DNA from: Pelomyxa schiedti
Lineage: Eukaryota > Protista > Evosea
Assembly (NCBI GenBank): GCA_020536535.1
Contig: JAHLWZ010000492.1
Coordinates: 1 to 49,336 of the forward strand
Direction of reading: 5' to 3'
Length of the DNA stretch: 49,336 nt
The translations under genes and the position numbers were made by a program. Below, piece after piece: positions 36,180 through 48,638 of the stretch. The notes beneath the pieces were generated by a model, which was not told the DNA's origin, made no database searches, and saw nothing but the letters and a program-made list of their open reading frames with translations. Within the stretch, counting starts at the first letter, position 1. Every line of letters begins with the position of its first letter.

Positions 36180-36440
36180 TTACCGCTTACACAGCTGTTA
36201 CTTTTTCGTACGTGACCTCGAAAACCACAAACTTATTTTTCAAAAAAAGGAAGTTCAAGTTGGTATTTCGATTTGGTGTAGATGTCTCGGTGAGCAAAGC
36301 TGGTGGCCTTGGGATTATCCTGTTCTCGAATTTGTGGGGTTTTTTGAAGTAAGGGTTGGTGAGTGAAAACTTAATTTCACCCAACAAGGCACGCATTCGT
36401 AGCGAGGATCGTGATTATGGGATCCGGCGTGGTTGGTGCA

Positions 36441-37454
36441 TCAGTGGCCACTGAGAGCGGTGAGGGCCTGTTCGTACTGCAGGGTCAGGTCCGTTATCAT
36501 CTGCACGCAGCTCGAGTAAGTCTCCAGCAGCCTCTCCAGCCTGCAGTCCAACGCCGCACACTCAGCCACCTGTTCCTGGTGCACCGCAATCACCCTGGCA
36601 ACTTCCATTATCCTGGTGCCGGCGGTATTGGCGGTGCTGTTGGTGTTGCTATTGCTGCTGGGGTCAGTGGTGGGGCTGCTGCTGGCGGACCCCAGCTTGG
36701 CCAGTATGTATGACGAGACGTCCATGACGCCGCATTGCTGCGCCGCGTCCACCTCGCCCAGGAGGGAACACGTGGCCTCGGCGTCGGCGGCCCGTGCGTG
36801 GACTATGGCCCCACGCGCCGCCGGGTCCGACGGTGACCCAATGCTGGGGATGTACAGTTGCTGCGATGACGTCACATTTGCCCCGCCGCTGCTGCTGCTG
36901 GTACTATTACTGGTTGTTGTTGCTGCTGCTGTTGTGGCAGTGACGGTTCCGGTTCCGATAGGAATGATGCTGTTGTTTCCCATAATTGGGGCCAGGTCCT
37001 CGTCGTCGCACGTGAGGTGCAGGAACTCGTCGACGGCCGCGGACGTGTTCCTCAGTGCCTCCAGTCCATTCCGCGCATCCCTCAGTGACCCCGACACGCT
37101 CTCGCCGCTCGTGGCCGCCGTACTCGCCGCCACCGACGACGACGACGACGACGACGCGCCCCCCTCGATCACAGGAGGGGGCGTCGTCGGCCTCGAAGTA
37201 GATCCACCCGCGCCCGCGCTCGTAGCCGCGGCGGACGCCGTCGACGCAAAGGGCAGCGGGAACGACGGCGGCTGCGGCGGTGGCGTCGGCGATGGCGCCG
37301 GGGTCGGTTGTTGCGAGTCGGGCGGCGGCGCCGCCGTGGGGTACAGGAACACGACGCGCTCGAGCGCGGCTATCCTGACCGCGATGTCTTCCAGCATCCC
37401 CGACGGGTTGCGACGAAAAAGTTGCTCCCACGACGGCGACGCCTCTTCGTCCAT
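36441..37454 (-). CDS. Dynactin subunit 3 (p22/p24)-like protein with low-complexity inserts
   Basis: Intronless 337-aa ORF. LEDIAVRIAALERVVF at the N-terminus and HQEQVAECAALDCRLERLLETYSSCVQMITDLTLQYEQALTAL at the C-terminus follow the DCTN3 helical pattern. Confidence 0.55.
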   Translation of the reverse strand: MDEEASPSWEQLFRRNPSGMLEDIAVRIAALERVVFLYPTAAPPPDSQQPTPAPSPTPPPQPPSFPLPFASTASAAATSAGAGGSTSRPTTPPPVIEGGASSSSSSSVAASTAATSGESVSGSLRDARNGLEALRNTSAAVDEFLHLTCDDEDLAPIMGNNSIIPIGTGTVTATTAAATTTSNSTSSSSGGANVTSSQQLYIPSIGSPSDPAARGAIVHARAADAEATCSLLGEVDAAQQCGVMDVSSYILAKLGSASSSPTTDPSSNSNTNSTANTAGTRIMEVARVIAVHQEQVAECAALDCRLERLLETYSSCVQMITDLTLQYEQALTALSGH

Positions 37455-37727
37455 GTTCGGTTGTGGCTTGTTTTTGCTTTTACTTTTTGGGGCTCACTGA
37501 TCAGATCTGATTGTTTTGGGATCTTGCCATGTGATGCCCCTCAGAGGCTGGAAAGACTACGAAACGGTAGAACGTGTATGGCCCAGATGTGGTCCATCCA
37601 GAATATTCCCTTCACAGGGATTTACGAAAAGGCGTTGTGGGTATAAACATGGTAAACTATTTTGTGCATTAGGGATTTGTACAATTGAGGATGAGGGGGT
37701 GTTGGTGGGTCATGCGGTGGTTGTTTT

Positions 37728-39679
37728 TCATGAATCGGGAGACTCGAGGGTGCTGGTGGCTGTACTGCTGTGAATGGCGGGAATCGGGGGTGGTGATACG
37801 AGTGAGAGTCTTCTCCTGTGGCCGTCGTTGGGGCCGGGTGTGTTGGTGCTGTCCTTTGTGGGTGTGGGGTTTGATTTTTGGTGTGTGGATAGAAGCCGGG
37901 TGACGAGTTGCTTTCTTATCTCCGAAGTTTTGCTGCCGAATTTCCAGTCTACAATCCGTATTGAGCAATCTTGTATGCTGTCTACCTCCGAGTCTAATTG
38001 CTGTGTAGGGGTGGAAAGAGGAATAAGTAATAGTTTAACTTCGGATAGTGGAGGTACCATGACAAGCTCCCATGTAAATTCGAAGGCATCTTCTTCCTTT
38101 CTGGCATCGATGTTCACTTGCTTTCTTCTGTGTATCACTTGAACTAAATCATCATACAGGGCAAGTTCAATTTCCCACACCCCAGGTGCAGCTTTTAATT
38201 CGTTAGCATCCCTCATTCACAATTGTTCAAGGTATCTTACGGGCATCCTTGAAGGGGCACCCGGCACAGATACTAATATTGAGTTCAATCACTGCTGGAG
38301 CAATAACAGATTGGTTTATGGCTTTGAGAATTTTGGTAACTTTCGAAGCACCCAGCACACCCTTTTTTTGTGGGGAAAAAAAGCATTTCAGTCATAAATC
38401 TAAAACAAAGGTACTTACTCCCAGAAGTTGGTTTATTCCATCCCTTTGAACACCAATGTCTGTGGTGTAAATGATGTATTTACCTTGTGATGGTTTAGCA
38501 CTAGAAATGTGACACCGAAAGCATACCAAAATTCTCGTTTAGTGTGTCATAGCAGTCCGAACCCTCAAGTAAAAGGGCTACCGTACCCAAAAATTGTTGT
38601 ACATTAATGGGTGTAGGTCGAGCTTAAGAAGATCAATAAGTGTTGGAGCTCCAACAGAAGTAAATGTACCTCGGTCATCGATTGGTTGTTCATCCATTAC
38701 TGGAAGTTGAGTACTTGCTGAAAATAAGAATAAATACAATTTTATTTGTGGCATGCTAGATGAAGTGGGTATGCACACGTGTAGCTCGGCAATCGAACAG
38801 TGACACATGCTTACACAATCTTGGCAAATCTACAGCAACAGTGGTTGAGCCAAGAGGTCTATGAAAAACTTCATTGGTGCTAACCCTCCAATTTCGGGGA
38901 GGGCGTGGAGTTGTAGGGGAAGGGGTTGGGGTTGAAGAATGGAGAACTGTTAATGGCAGGTGTGTTGAAGGAGTTAAATTATTCCTTGTTAATCTCAAGC
39001 TGGATGTTTGAGTTGGGGGAGGCGATGTAGCAGGTATTCGTGCGGCACTTTCACTGAATTTGGAAACCGCCTTATCACTGGACTTGAGTGAACCTGTCGC
39101 TCCTTTTGGAGATTCTGGAGGAGGGGAAACTGAAGCGGTGGTTGACGAGGTAGTTGACGAAGGGGGAGGCATTGGGGGAGGAATGGAGGACGGAAGGCGA
39201 GAAATCGGAAGTGACGCAGATGGTGGTGTAGAGGGTGGTGAAAGAGGCCGAATTGGTGAAGAGCGAATGTCGCAGGAGGCAGCCGAAGGTAAAAGTGGTG
39301 GAGAAACTTGTGACGAAGTGGAGGTTGTAGTTGTAGACGCAGTTGTAGAAGTGGTGGGTCCTGAGGCATTCCCAGTTGCATTGGGAGAGGGCATTGCAGG
39401 CGGGGTGGGGGAAGTACGCAATGGAGTGGAGGGAGTTGAAATGGGTGGAGCTGTAGAGGCACTGGCCGTGGAGCTGGAAGCGGGAGTGGAATGCATAGGA
39501 GTTGGAGGTGTATCTACGGCGGTTTTGGTGGTTGTGGTACTAGTGGGTGATGACGGTGGTGTAGTGGAGACAGGGGTAAAGGTCCCTGAGGAACCGTGGC
39601 TTGGCGATAAAAACTGCTCCACCTTTTTCCTCCAGAAGCCTATGCTACGTGACTTTGCTTGCGAAACGTTGTTCTGCAT
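37728..39679 (-). CDS. Pro/Ser/Thr-rich protein with a globular C-terminal domain (possibly the amoebozoan GflB/GlfB C-terminal-like domain)
   Basis: ORF 38756-39697 is low complexity. Later exons read SKVTKILKAINQSVIAPAVIEL...PFKDAR and WEIELALYDDLVQVIHRRKQ...FEFTWELVM...IRIVDWKF. The family assignment is from memory. Confidence 0.5.
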
Positions 39680-40146
39680 GTATTTCACAGTTAACAACTA
39701 AAAGCAAAAACAACAACAAAAATGGCAAAAAAAAAAAAGAAAAAAAAAAAAAACAACTAACATAAAAAAATCCCCAGCCCTCGAACAACAAAAAAAAAAG
39801 GGGTGCGAAAAAAAAAAGTGTGATACGTGTTCTTCCGGAGACAACGGCGTGTGTTTCCGACCGTGTGACGTGGTTGTTTTTTCGACTGCTTGCTTCCAAA
39901 AGTCACGCGACATGGTGACAAAGGACCGAGGTTGTTTTTAATTTTTTCTTTGATTTTGAAGTTGAAAGGAAGATCGGGGGCTTCCGGATGTTTTTCGTTT
40001 CTTCGAAAGAGCGTATTGATCAACAGATGGTTCAGAAACAAGCACTCGGTGAGGCAAGTCCTCCTCCGAGTTGTTTCATCAGGGCTTTCTTTTTCGAGAT
40101 GTGAGATGACGAGATGTGCTGGTCACAATCTGTCTGTTCCCCCATT

Positions 40147-41045
40147 GAACTCAACGAACCCAATCATGGCAAGTTCAACAATCCAACTCCTCAAGAATAA
40201 AAAGAAAAAACCCAACAAACCGAAGCCCAAACAACAAACAAACAGCAAAGTCAAAACAGAGTCAAAACAACAAAACAAAAAACAAAAACAAAACACAAAA
40301 CAAACAACCTCCCAACAACCACCCACAAACGGCGCAACCGAACCCACCACCGAACCCACTAACCACCAGCGGGGGAGCAGCACCACCCCCTGGTGGGTAC
40401 ACATACCCCCCTCCTGGCCCCTACGGCTACCCGCCCCCTCCTGGGTGGTATCCGCCGCCCCCTGGCTCTGGCGGATACCCTCCCCCTGGCCCTGGTGGAT
40501 ACCCGCCTCCTGGGGCTTACCCGCCGCCCCCTGGCCCTGGTGGATACCCACCCCCTGGTCCTGGGGGCTATCCTCCTCAGCCTGGATATCCTCCTCCTGG
40601 GGCTTACCCGCCACCCCCTGGTCCAGGGGGATACCCACCATACCCATATCCACGTATGCTTTGTCTTGTCATTACCAATCTTTACTTGAAGGTAACCTAA
40701 CGTTTATTTATTTAACAAATTAGCATACCCTGGAGCCACACCAATGCCACCAGCCACTATGGCAACACCACCCACAGCACACGTCGTTGTGACACCAACA
40801 CCTACTCCTGTTGCCACACCTCCTGTTAGTTCTCCAAGGTATAAGTTCCGACTTTTCCCTGTAGTTTTTCCTCACCAGTTTTATCTTGCAGCTTAAGTAA
40901 GAAAGACAAGAAAAAGAAGGAGAAAGAGGAGAAGAAAAAGAAGAAGGAGAAAGATGCGAAGAAGAAGGCAGACACCACCAAGAGCATATTTGGTGCCCTT
41001 GGTGCCGGATTGGAAGTTGTTGGTGCTTTTGCGGACCTTTTGTAA
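40147..41045 (+). CDS. Small Gly/Tyr/Pro-rich (GYPPP repeat) protein with Lys-rich tail
   Basis: 40370-40650 translates as repeated GYPPPGPG units. The last exon is LSKKDKKKKEKEEKKKKEKDAKKKADTTKSIFGALGAGLEVVGAFADLL*. Start uncertain. Confidence 0.65.
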
Positions 41046-41206
41046 TAGCTTTCACAATTTCATTTCATTTCACTACATTACAACCATCATTATGCCCCAA
41101 ACAAATAAAGTGCTTTTTCAGTCAGTGTTGTACGGTCGTGGCATCTGGTGCACGCAGTAGAGTACGATAAGTTGAAAAGTTTTTCCAGTAAACCGAACAA
41201 GGAGAG

Positions 41207-43401
41207 ATGTCGATTGTGTTGGCGTGCCGAAACACGCGCGATCTGAACACGAAAACAACGAAGCGATTGGGGCTGTCCCTCAACCCTGGTGCCACTGTCG
41301 AGCACATATTATCTACATTGCATTCTTCCGTAAGACGAAACAAACAATAAATGAAACGAGGGCTGGGTGGAAAGCAACTTTCTAATGAGCTGACACTTGG
41401 TTTTATTTTGTTGTGTCTTATTGGAAGTATAGTTTGGGGGAGGGCTGGGGTATGGATTATATGTGGATTCTACAGTTAGACCAAGGTGGCTTCTGAATCC
41501 CAACAACTCTTTGGAGGCTTGTGAACTTATCCCAGTATTTCTTCCTTCCCTTTTTTTTTCCCCCCTTCCTAACTGGCATGGTGACAAGGGTGAGGAGATT
41601 GTCTACTTAAAACTCACAAGGACTATGAGGGTAAAAAATATTGATGGCAACTTCATTACAGCTATGCTGGATAATACTACGTCTTTATCAGTAATCTCAG
41701 TGCTTGTATTGCGGCATTTTCAATTTATATCCCTGGCAGGAAATTGGTGCACACTTGCTGGAGCCATTCAATCTCGAATGGACTGACGAATATGGATTCC
41801 AGATGAATGGCAGTATGAACTCCTCATAAAAAGTTAAGAACGAAATTGACTTTTATATCCCTACAGAGGTTTGGTTAGATAGCAAGCTCTCTCTGACTGA
41901 TCATAATGTGCCAGAGACTGACACACTTGTATTTAAAAGAAAATTTTGGTTTCGTGAGCCTGAGTTTGATTTAAATTGTTCTGAAGAATACCTGAACATG
42001 TTGTTATTCCAAGTTTGATGAATTCTTAATGTGTGTTCTTTTTCTCATGTGGAACACAGGTGCATGAAGCCATATCTTCAGATTCTAGAATACTTCCCAG
42101 CAAAGTTGACGCCGCTAAGCTTGCCGCCATTTATCTTGCTGTTGAGAATGGGACAATGGATGAATTCCAGCGCTCTGTAGCAAACCATTCATATACTGAC
42201 TACAAGCACATGGAGTCAGAATTCACGAAGAAACTTTCACAGTGTGTCAACAAAGTCATTTGATTTCAACAGGCACTCACCGTTTTTTTCCTGTGTATTT
42301 GTGGGGGACCAGAATAGAAAAGTATACGCACATCTTCCTTCCTGTTGGAGGGAATCTAAAAGCATTGTTGGAGAAGCAATGACACACTACAGACAACTTG
42401 GCTTTCCAACTAAGAAGCAAGGGAAAATGGTGTATGTTAAAAAAGCATTCTCAGTGCCCTCGTTCGGGGCATTTCTCTTTATTGTTGAGGTATTTTAACC
42501 AAACAACAACCGTAACCCTCACTCGTTTAAGCTTAGAGATGGTTCTCGTCAGGCACAGTACATCTCACTTTACAAGGAAGGAGTCATTTTTGCGGATCTT
42601 CTCAAAAATGTATTGTTTCAAATTCTCCATATTCCCTCATTTCTCTGTCTTTGTAAGACAACCTTAAAATGCATTCCCTGGGCAAATATCAAACGATGGG
42701 GGCACTCAGCTGATACAGTTGTTTTTGATTGCCTCGACTCCAAGTATACTTTCACCACTATTGAGGGGCGGGCTATCACCGTTTTGTGCAACATAGTTGT
42801 CCAAATGGCAAAAGGTAAATTCAACCTTAGGAAAATATCTTTGAGGTCACCTTCCTCAGGTGAGCGTATTGAGAGACAAAAAACACCGAAGGCAAACACC
42901 AGCATCCCAGCGACCTATATTGCTCCTTCTGAAGAGACTTATGTTGTCCTACAACAGCCCTCAAATCCATCACAGTTACCCACATACTCTCTCATCAATC
43001 CCACACAAAATTCATCAACCCAACAAGAAATTCCACAAATGACCTCCCAACAACCAGCACCCTCCAAACCACTTCGACACCATCCACAACCACAAATTCC
43101 ACAGCCGGAACCCAGTCCCATAATAGATTCCAGCACATGTTCTTTCCTTCCCACCAAGCCCTCCTCATCAAACAGAGCAGAGTGCTCATTCCTAACACAC
43201 TCAATTCCCACAGCACAACACAATCCCGATCCACCGGCATTCAATCCGGACCCATCACCAGAATTACTGCAACCAACTCCACAACCGCCAATCATTCCTC
43301 AGTCACCCAGTCCTCTTGCTTCGTCACTCCCTGAGCCATTCCCTCCTACTGGATTTCCTGCTATTCATACCTACACTTGCTATGGAACCTCAGGGAATTG
43401 A
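41207..43401 (+). CDS. Talin-head-like FERM domain protein with Pro-rich tail
   Basis: Exons read GYGLYVD...RWLLNPNNSLE (F0), RTMRVKNIDGNFITAMLD...DEYGF...WLDSKLSLTDHNVPETDTLVFKRKFWF (F1), LNMLLFQVHEAI...AAKLAAI...YVKKAFSVPSFGAFLF (F2) and IPWANIKRWG (F3). Confidence 0.8.
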
Positions 43402-43592
43402 AAAACGTAGATTTTTTGTTCTGTAACATAATAAAAACCAAAAGTTGAGTCTCTTTCTCTTTCACTCAAATCCACTTTTGAATTTGTGGCAGAAATGTTT
43501 TTTGCGTTTGAAGGTAATACAATAGGAGTGAGTGTTGTGTTATGACTGCATCGAATTTTGTTGTTGACAAAGGGGGGTTGGTGTCAGATTTT

Positions 43593-46500
43593 TCAACGGA
43601 GGTTTTTGCACACTTCCAAAAGGTATGTAATAACGGAAAGCCTCTCCGGACCTCCGGCAGCATCAACAATGTCCTCAACATCCAACTGTAATTTGGTGAG
43701 GAATTGTGAGTTGTGCTGTGATGTTGAACTTACCAATTGTGTGACATTGTAGTGCTTCTCGGCAAGGTCAAATGCCAATTTGCAGTTTTCTGCTGGTTTG
43801 TCGGGGGAGAGTTTATTGAAATCAAATAAGCTTGGATTCCTATGGTGAACTAGTGCACAAAAAGCAAGCCCATCAGCCCAGCTCTATCAAGTAAAAGTTG
43901 TTAAGTTCAAAGTACTTGATTTTATCTGATAGTTAATATGGTACAAGCTAAAAGTTACAGATGTGAAATTCGTGACATTGACGTTCTTGTAGCCTTGCGT
44001 TTGATTCTGGCACCACAAGAGCAGTTTGGCAACCTATTTTTCTGTAAGAAATATTGAAGAAAGAGTAGGTTACTGGATCGTCTTTGCCTGTTTGCCTCCT
44101 CCGGTTAAATGCAGGGGGCTGTGGCTGTGCTGCAGTAGTTGTCGGGGATGGTTTGTTCTGTGATGTGGGACCTGCATCCATTATTAAAGTGTGCAAAGGA
44201 TTGGAAGAGGGGCGAACGCAGAGTTGGGGTAAATTTTCCTCCTGGACCCATGCCAGGCAATTGTACTGCCCCAGGACCTCCCATGCCCGGAAGTTGTACA
44301 CCCCCTGGGCGGCCCATTGATGGGCGATTGGGTGGCTGAACAATAGGTGTGTTTGTGGTTTTTGTCTGATGAGTGTTAAAATGCAGTTGAAACCCAATTT
44401 TATCACATACAGGAGGTGGTTCCGGCTCTTTGCTTTCCGATGATTCACGTGATGGGGTTGTCTGGTCAGCCTTGAGAGATGGAATCATTTTACTTCGAGT
44501 CTAAAAGTAGAGGAATTAATACAGATAAGGAAATAGACTAAAAAAGAAGTTATGTCAACCTTGGGATCAAATAATTCCCTGGAAGCCCTGTGGCGTTTGT
44601 AGCCTTTTGAACGAGTTAAAGTGAGCTGTTTGTTTGGGGGAGGGAAATGTAAGGAAGATGCAGAATAAATTGAAAGGGGAGTACATGAGTGAGGGGTGGT
44701 GCTGTAGATGACGGCAATGAACTTAGATCTGAGGGTGGTGCATTTTTATCTCTACGAAGTTGTTCCTCCCGTTCTTTCTCTTCAATCTTTTTCCTTTCAT
44801 CTTCTTGTTTCTGCATTTTGATTGCTTCCTCCTTTTTCTGTAATTCCTCACACTGCTTTCTTTCTATCTCTTGCTTGCGTTTTGCCTCCTCTTCTACTTG
44901 CCTTTGGAGCTCAAGTTGCTGTTGTAGTTCCTCTTCCTGCTTTTTCCTTTGCAGTTCTTGATAGAGAACCTTTTGTTGCAACTCTTCAGCAGCTTTCTTT
45001 TTGAGGAGTTCTTCCTCCAGTACTCGCTGCTTCCTCTCTTCTTCTATTTTGGCTTTTTCCAACTCTTCCTCATATTTCCTTTGTTGTCGTTCTGCTTCAA
45101 GCTTCTGTTGAAGGAGCTGTTCTTCGAAGGCTTTTTGTTGAAGTTCCTCCCGTTGCTTCTGCAGTTCCTCCTCATGTAGCTTTTGCATTTCCTCCTCCCG
45201 TTGCTTTTGCAGTTCTTTCTCGTGCTGCAACTCCTCCTGGTGTTGTCTTTGCAGGGTTTCTTCACGTTGTTTCTGCAGTTCCTCTTCACGCTTTTTCTGA
45301 AGTTCCTCCTCACGTTTCCTTTGCAGCTCCTGGCGCTGCTTTTGCAGTTCCTCTTCGTGCTGTTTTTGAAGTTCCTCCTCACGTTGCCTCTGTAAGTCTT
45401 CCTCATATCGCTTTTGAAGTTCATCGCGTTGCTGTTGCAGTTCCTTTTCACGCAGCTGTTGTAATTCCTTATCACGTTGCTTCTGTAGTTCTTCACGTTG
45501 CTGTTGCAGTTTCTTCTCGTGTTGCTTCTGCAGTTCCTCCTCATGTTGCTTCCGAAGTTCCTCCTCATGCTGCTTTTGTAATTCTTCCTCGCGCTGTTTT
45601 CGTTGTTGTTCTTCAAGAGAGCGCCGTCTTTCCTCATCTTGACGTTGTTGCTCTTGTCTAAGGGTTTCCTCCACCTCATGTTGCCTTCGAAGTTCCTGCT
45701 GACGTTTCTCTTCTTCCTCACTCTGCCTTTGGAGTTCTAGCTGCCTCTGCTCCTCGAGTTGAGCTTTTCTTTTCTCCTCTTCTCTCTTCTGCTCTATGAG
45801 TTTCTCCTGCTCCCTTCTGCGTTTTTCTTCTATTTTCCGTTTGGCTTCTTCTAGTCTTCTCATTTTTTCTGCAAGAAGTTTTTTTTCTTCAAGCAGCTTC
45901 ACCTCATTTTTGCGTTTCTCTTCAGCAGCTCTTTTGGCTTCAAGGGTTTTTTCCTCCATAATTTTCATCTCCCGTGCTTTTTCCTCAGCCAGTCTCATTT
46001 CCTCTTGCCGCTTTTGCTCTTTCTGTTTCTCCTCTTCTTCCAGAAGTTTTAAGGCTAGAACTCTTCTCTGTTCCTCTTCAGCTTCTTTCCTCTTGGTGGT
46101 CTCTAGCTCCATAAGTCGTAGATTTTCTTTTTGCCTCTCCTCTTCCTCTTGTTTTCTTCGTGCTTCTTGAGCTTCTTGTTGTTCTCTTTCCTCTTTCTCT
46201 TTTTGCTCTAGCAATCTCTGTTCCTCAAGTTGTCGTTGCTCTTGCAGTCTCTGTTCCAGTTGCTGTTTCTCTTGTAATCTCTGTTCCTCAAGTTGTCGTT
46301 GCTCTTGCAATCTCTGTTCCTCAACTTGCCGTTGCTCTTGTAATCTCTGTTCGTCAAGGCGTTGCTGCTCTTGCTTGGCCTTTTTTTTTTCCTCCAGTAG
46401 TCTTCTGGTCTCAACCAACTTTTTCTGTGCTTCCAAGAGTGCCTGCTTTTTTGCTGCAACAGCAGCCCTCCTAGCGTTTTCCTTTTNNNNNNNNNNNNNN

Positions 46501-48638
46501 NNNNNNNNNNNNNNNNNNNNNNNNNNNNNNNNNNNNNNNNNNNNNNNNNNNNNNNNNNNNNNNNNNNNNNNNNNNNNNNNNNNNNNTGCTCTTGCTTGGC
46601 CTTTTTTTTTTCCTCCAGTAGTCTTCTGGTCTCAACCAACTTTTTCTGTGCTTCCAAGAGTGCCTGCTTTTTTGCTGCAACAGCAGCCCTCCTAGCGTTT
46701 TCCTTTTCTGCTTCAGCCTTTTCTTTTATTTCTTGTTCTTGTCGTGCTTTTTCAATACTAGCAAGCCTTTCCTTTTCTTTCTCCTCTTGTTCTCTCTTTT
46801 CCCTCTCCTTTTGCTCTTGCTCCTCCCTTTCTTTTTGTTCAACTATTCTTCTATACTCAAGTTCCTCCTTTATTCTCAGCTCTTCTTCTTTTTGTGCCTT
46901 TTGCATTTCTGCTCTCTTTTCTTGTTCTTCTTTTTCTCTTGCTTCCGCCTCTTCCTGGCGCTTATCTGCTTCTTCTTTTTCCTTTTTCTCTGACATTTCT
47001 TGTTCGTCTAGCTCTTTCACAATTGTATCATGTGTTTCCAAAGAAATTTCGCTGTCAGTGTACTCTAGTGCGATTTTATCTAATCGCTCTTTCTCGAGCC
47101 TCTCTCTTTCTAACTTAGCTTTCTCCTCACGGGCTTTTTTAGCTTGTAGAAGTTGATTTCTTCTTTCTTCAATCTGTCTGGCTTCCTCTTCCAACGCTCT
47201 CTTTCTTGCTTCGATTTGCTGCTGCTGTTCCTCAGTTTCTGTGTCAGCCGCAAACATATCGTCACCAGTTTGGTCATCTTCTTCATTGTCACTTTCATCA
47301 TCCCAAAAAAAATCCCAGATAGCAGAAGCTCGTGTGTTTGTTGTGGTTGTGACTGGTGCTGCTTTTGGTGCGACTGGAGTTTTCTTGGAACTCTCTGTTT
47401 GAAGTGGAGGTTCCACCAAATGGTCCTCAAACAAAGCGTCATCATCCTGTTGGAAAGTGGGCCATAAAAGGAGTGAATCAATCAACCTCTTCCTCAGCAA
47501 ATAGCTCCAATTGTTGTGTTATATTCTGTTCCTGTTGCTCTGCCAGAGCGGCTCGTGCCCTCTCGGCTTCTCTCAATGCCTTGGAGCATTAAAAAACGAA
47601 GAAAATCACATGCCAAAACTTTTTCAGCTGCTTCCTGGTCTCTTTTTCGCTTCTCCTCAGCTTTTTTTGTAAATTCTGCAAGGGCTTTTTCATTGCGTTG
47701 AACATCATCTTCCTCCAAAAAAATACTTTGTGTACTTGCTGTACTATTGGTGGTAGTGTCCAGTGAAACAGAAGCAGGAACTATTCATAGTCAGGTTCAC
47801 CATTTGTCTCCAACCTGTTGTTACCTGGGTTTCTTGACTGGGGAGATTTTATTGCAGTAGGCACATTTTTGTAATGGAGCTTGGCGGATTTTTTGGCAGA
47901 ATCAGATTCTGTGAATATATCATCTAAAAAATTATCTGTAGTGCAAGTAAACAATAGGGTGTAGAATAAAGGGGTGATTCAACCAGAGGCAGATTTTTGC
48001 TTTGCTGGAGGTTTCGAATTTGAAAACAGGGATTGTTGGTGTGGCTTCTGTTAAGTGGGTATTTGTAAGCCTGAGAAATGTACAAATATCGTCAAACTTT
48101 AGGCGCATCACCGAAAATATCATCNNNNNNNNNNNNNNNNNNNNNNNNNNNNNNNNNNNNNNNNNNNNNNNNNNNNNNNNNNNNNNNNNNNNNNNNNNNN
48201 NNNNNNNNNNNNNNNNNNNNNNNNGCTGGAGGTTTCGAATTTGAAAACAGGGATTGTTGGTGTGGCTTCTGTTAAGTGGGTATTTGTAAGCCTGAGAAAT
48301 GTACAAATATCGTCAAACTTTAGGCGCATCACCGAAAATATCATCATCGTCATCTCCAAATATGATTTCTACTTGTGGCTTTTTGACCTCGGGTGCCTGT
48401 GCCGTCTTGGCGGGAGGTTTTTCTGGAAAAAGAGTTGAGTAAAATGAGCAATAGCATTCGTAACTATCGAATGTTCTACAATTCAAGATGCAAATAAGGG
48501 GAGAAGAGTGCGCGAGTCAAGATAAGCATATTCAAATGGCAAATGAGGTGATCAACTTGATCCTACTGAAAACACAGGCGACGGGGAAAATATGTCATCG
48601 TCGTCATCGAATAGGGACGTCGACGCTTTTTTCTGCAT
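43593..48638 (-). CDS. Large E/K/Q/R-rich coiled-coil protein with C-terminal calponin-homology domain
   Basis: ORFs 44616-46436 and 46208-47500 are charged helical. Final exons read WCQNQTQGYKNVNVTNF / SWADGLAFCALVHHRNPSLFDFNKLSPDKPAENCKLAFDLAEKHY / LDVEDIV...PERLSVITYL (smoothelin/MICAL-type CH domain). Candidate ATG at 48638. Confidence 0.75.
46487..46586. other. 100-N scaffold gap with duplicated 121-bp flanks
   Basis: 46366-46486 is repeated at 46587-46707. Confidence 0.95.
48125..48224. other. 100-N scaffold gap with duplicated 121-bp flanks
   Basis: 48004-48124 is repeated at 48225-48345. Confidence 0.95.

Noticed and set aside
36616-37500. 294-aa plus-strand ORF with a hydrophobic N-terminus (similarly 39060-39701)
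   Set aside because: Antisense shadow of GC-rich, low-complexity minus-strand genes.
40380-40650. CRISPR-like or satellite repeat
   Set aside because: Repeats are codon-phased Pro/Gly/Tyr units with no unique spacers.
39890-40723. 277-aa Trp/Pro-rich ORF
   Set aside because: Alternative frame of the GYPPP repeat exon plus A-rich non-coding sequence.
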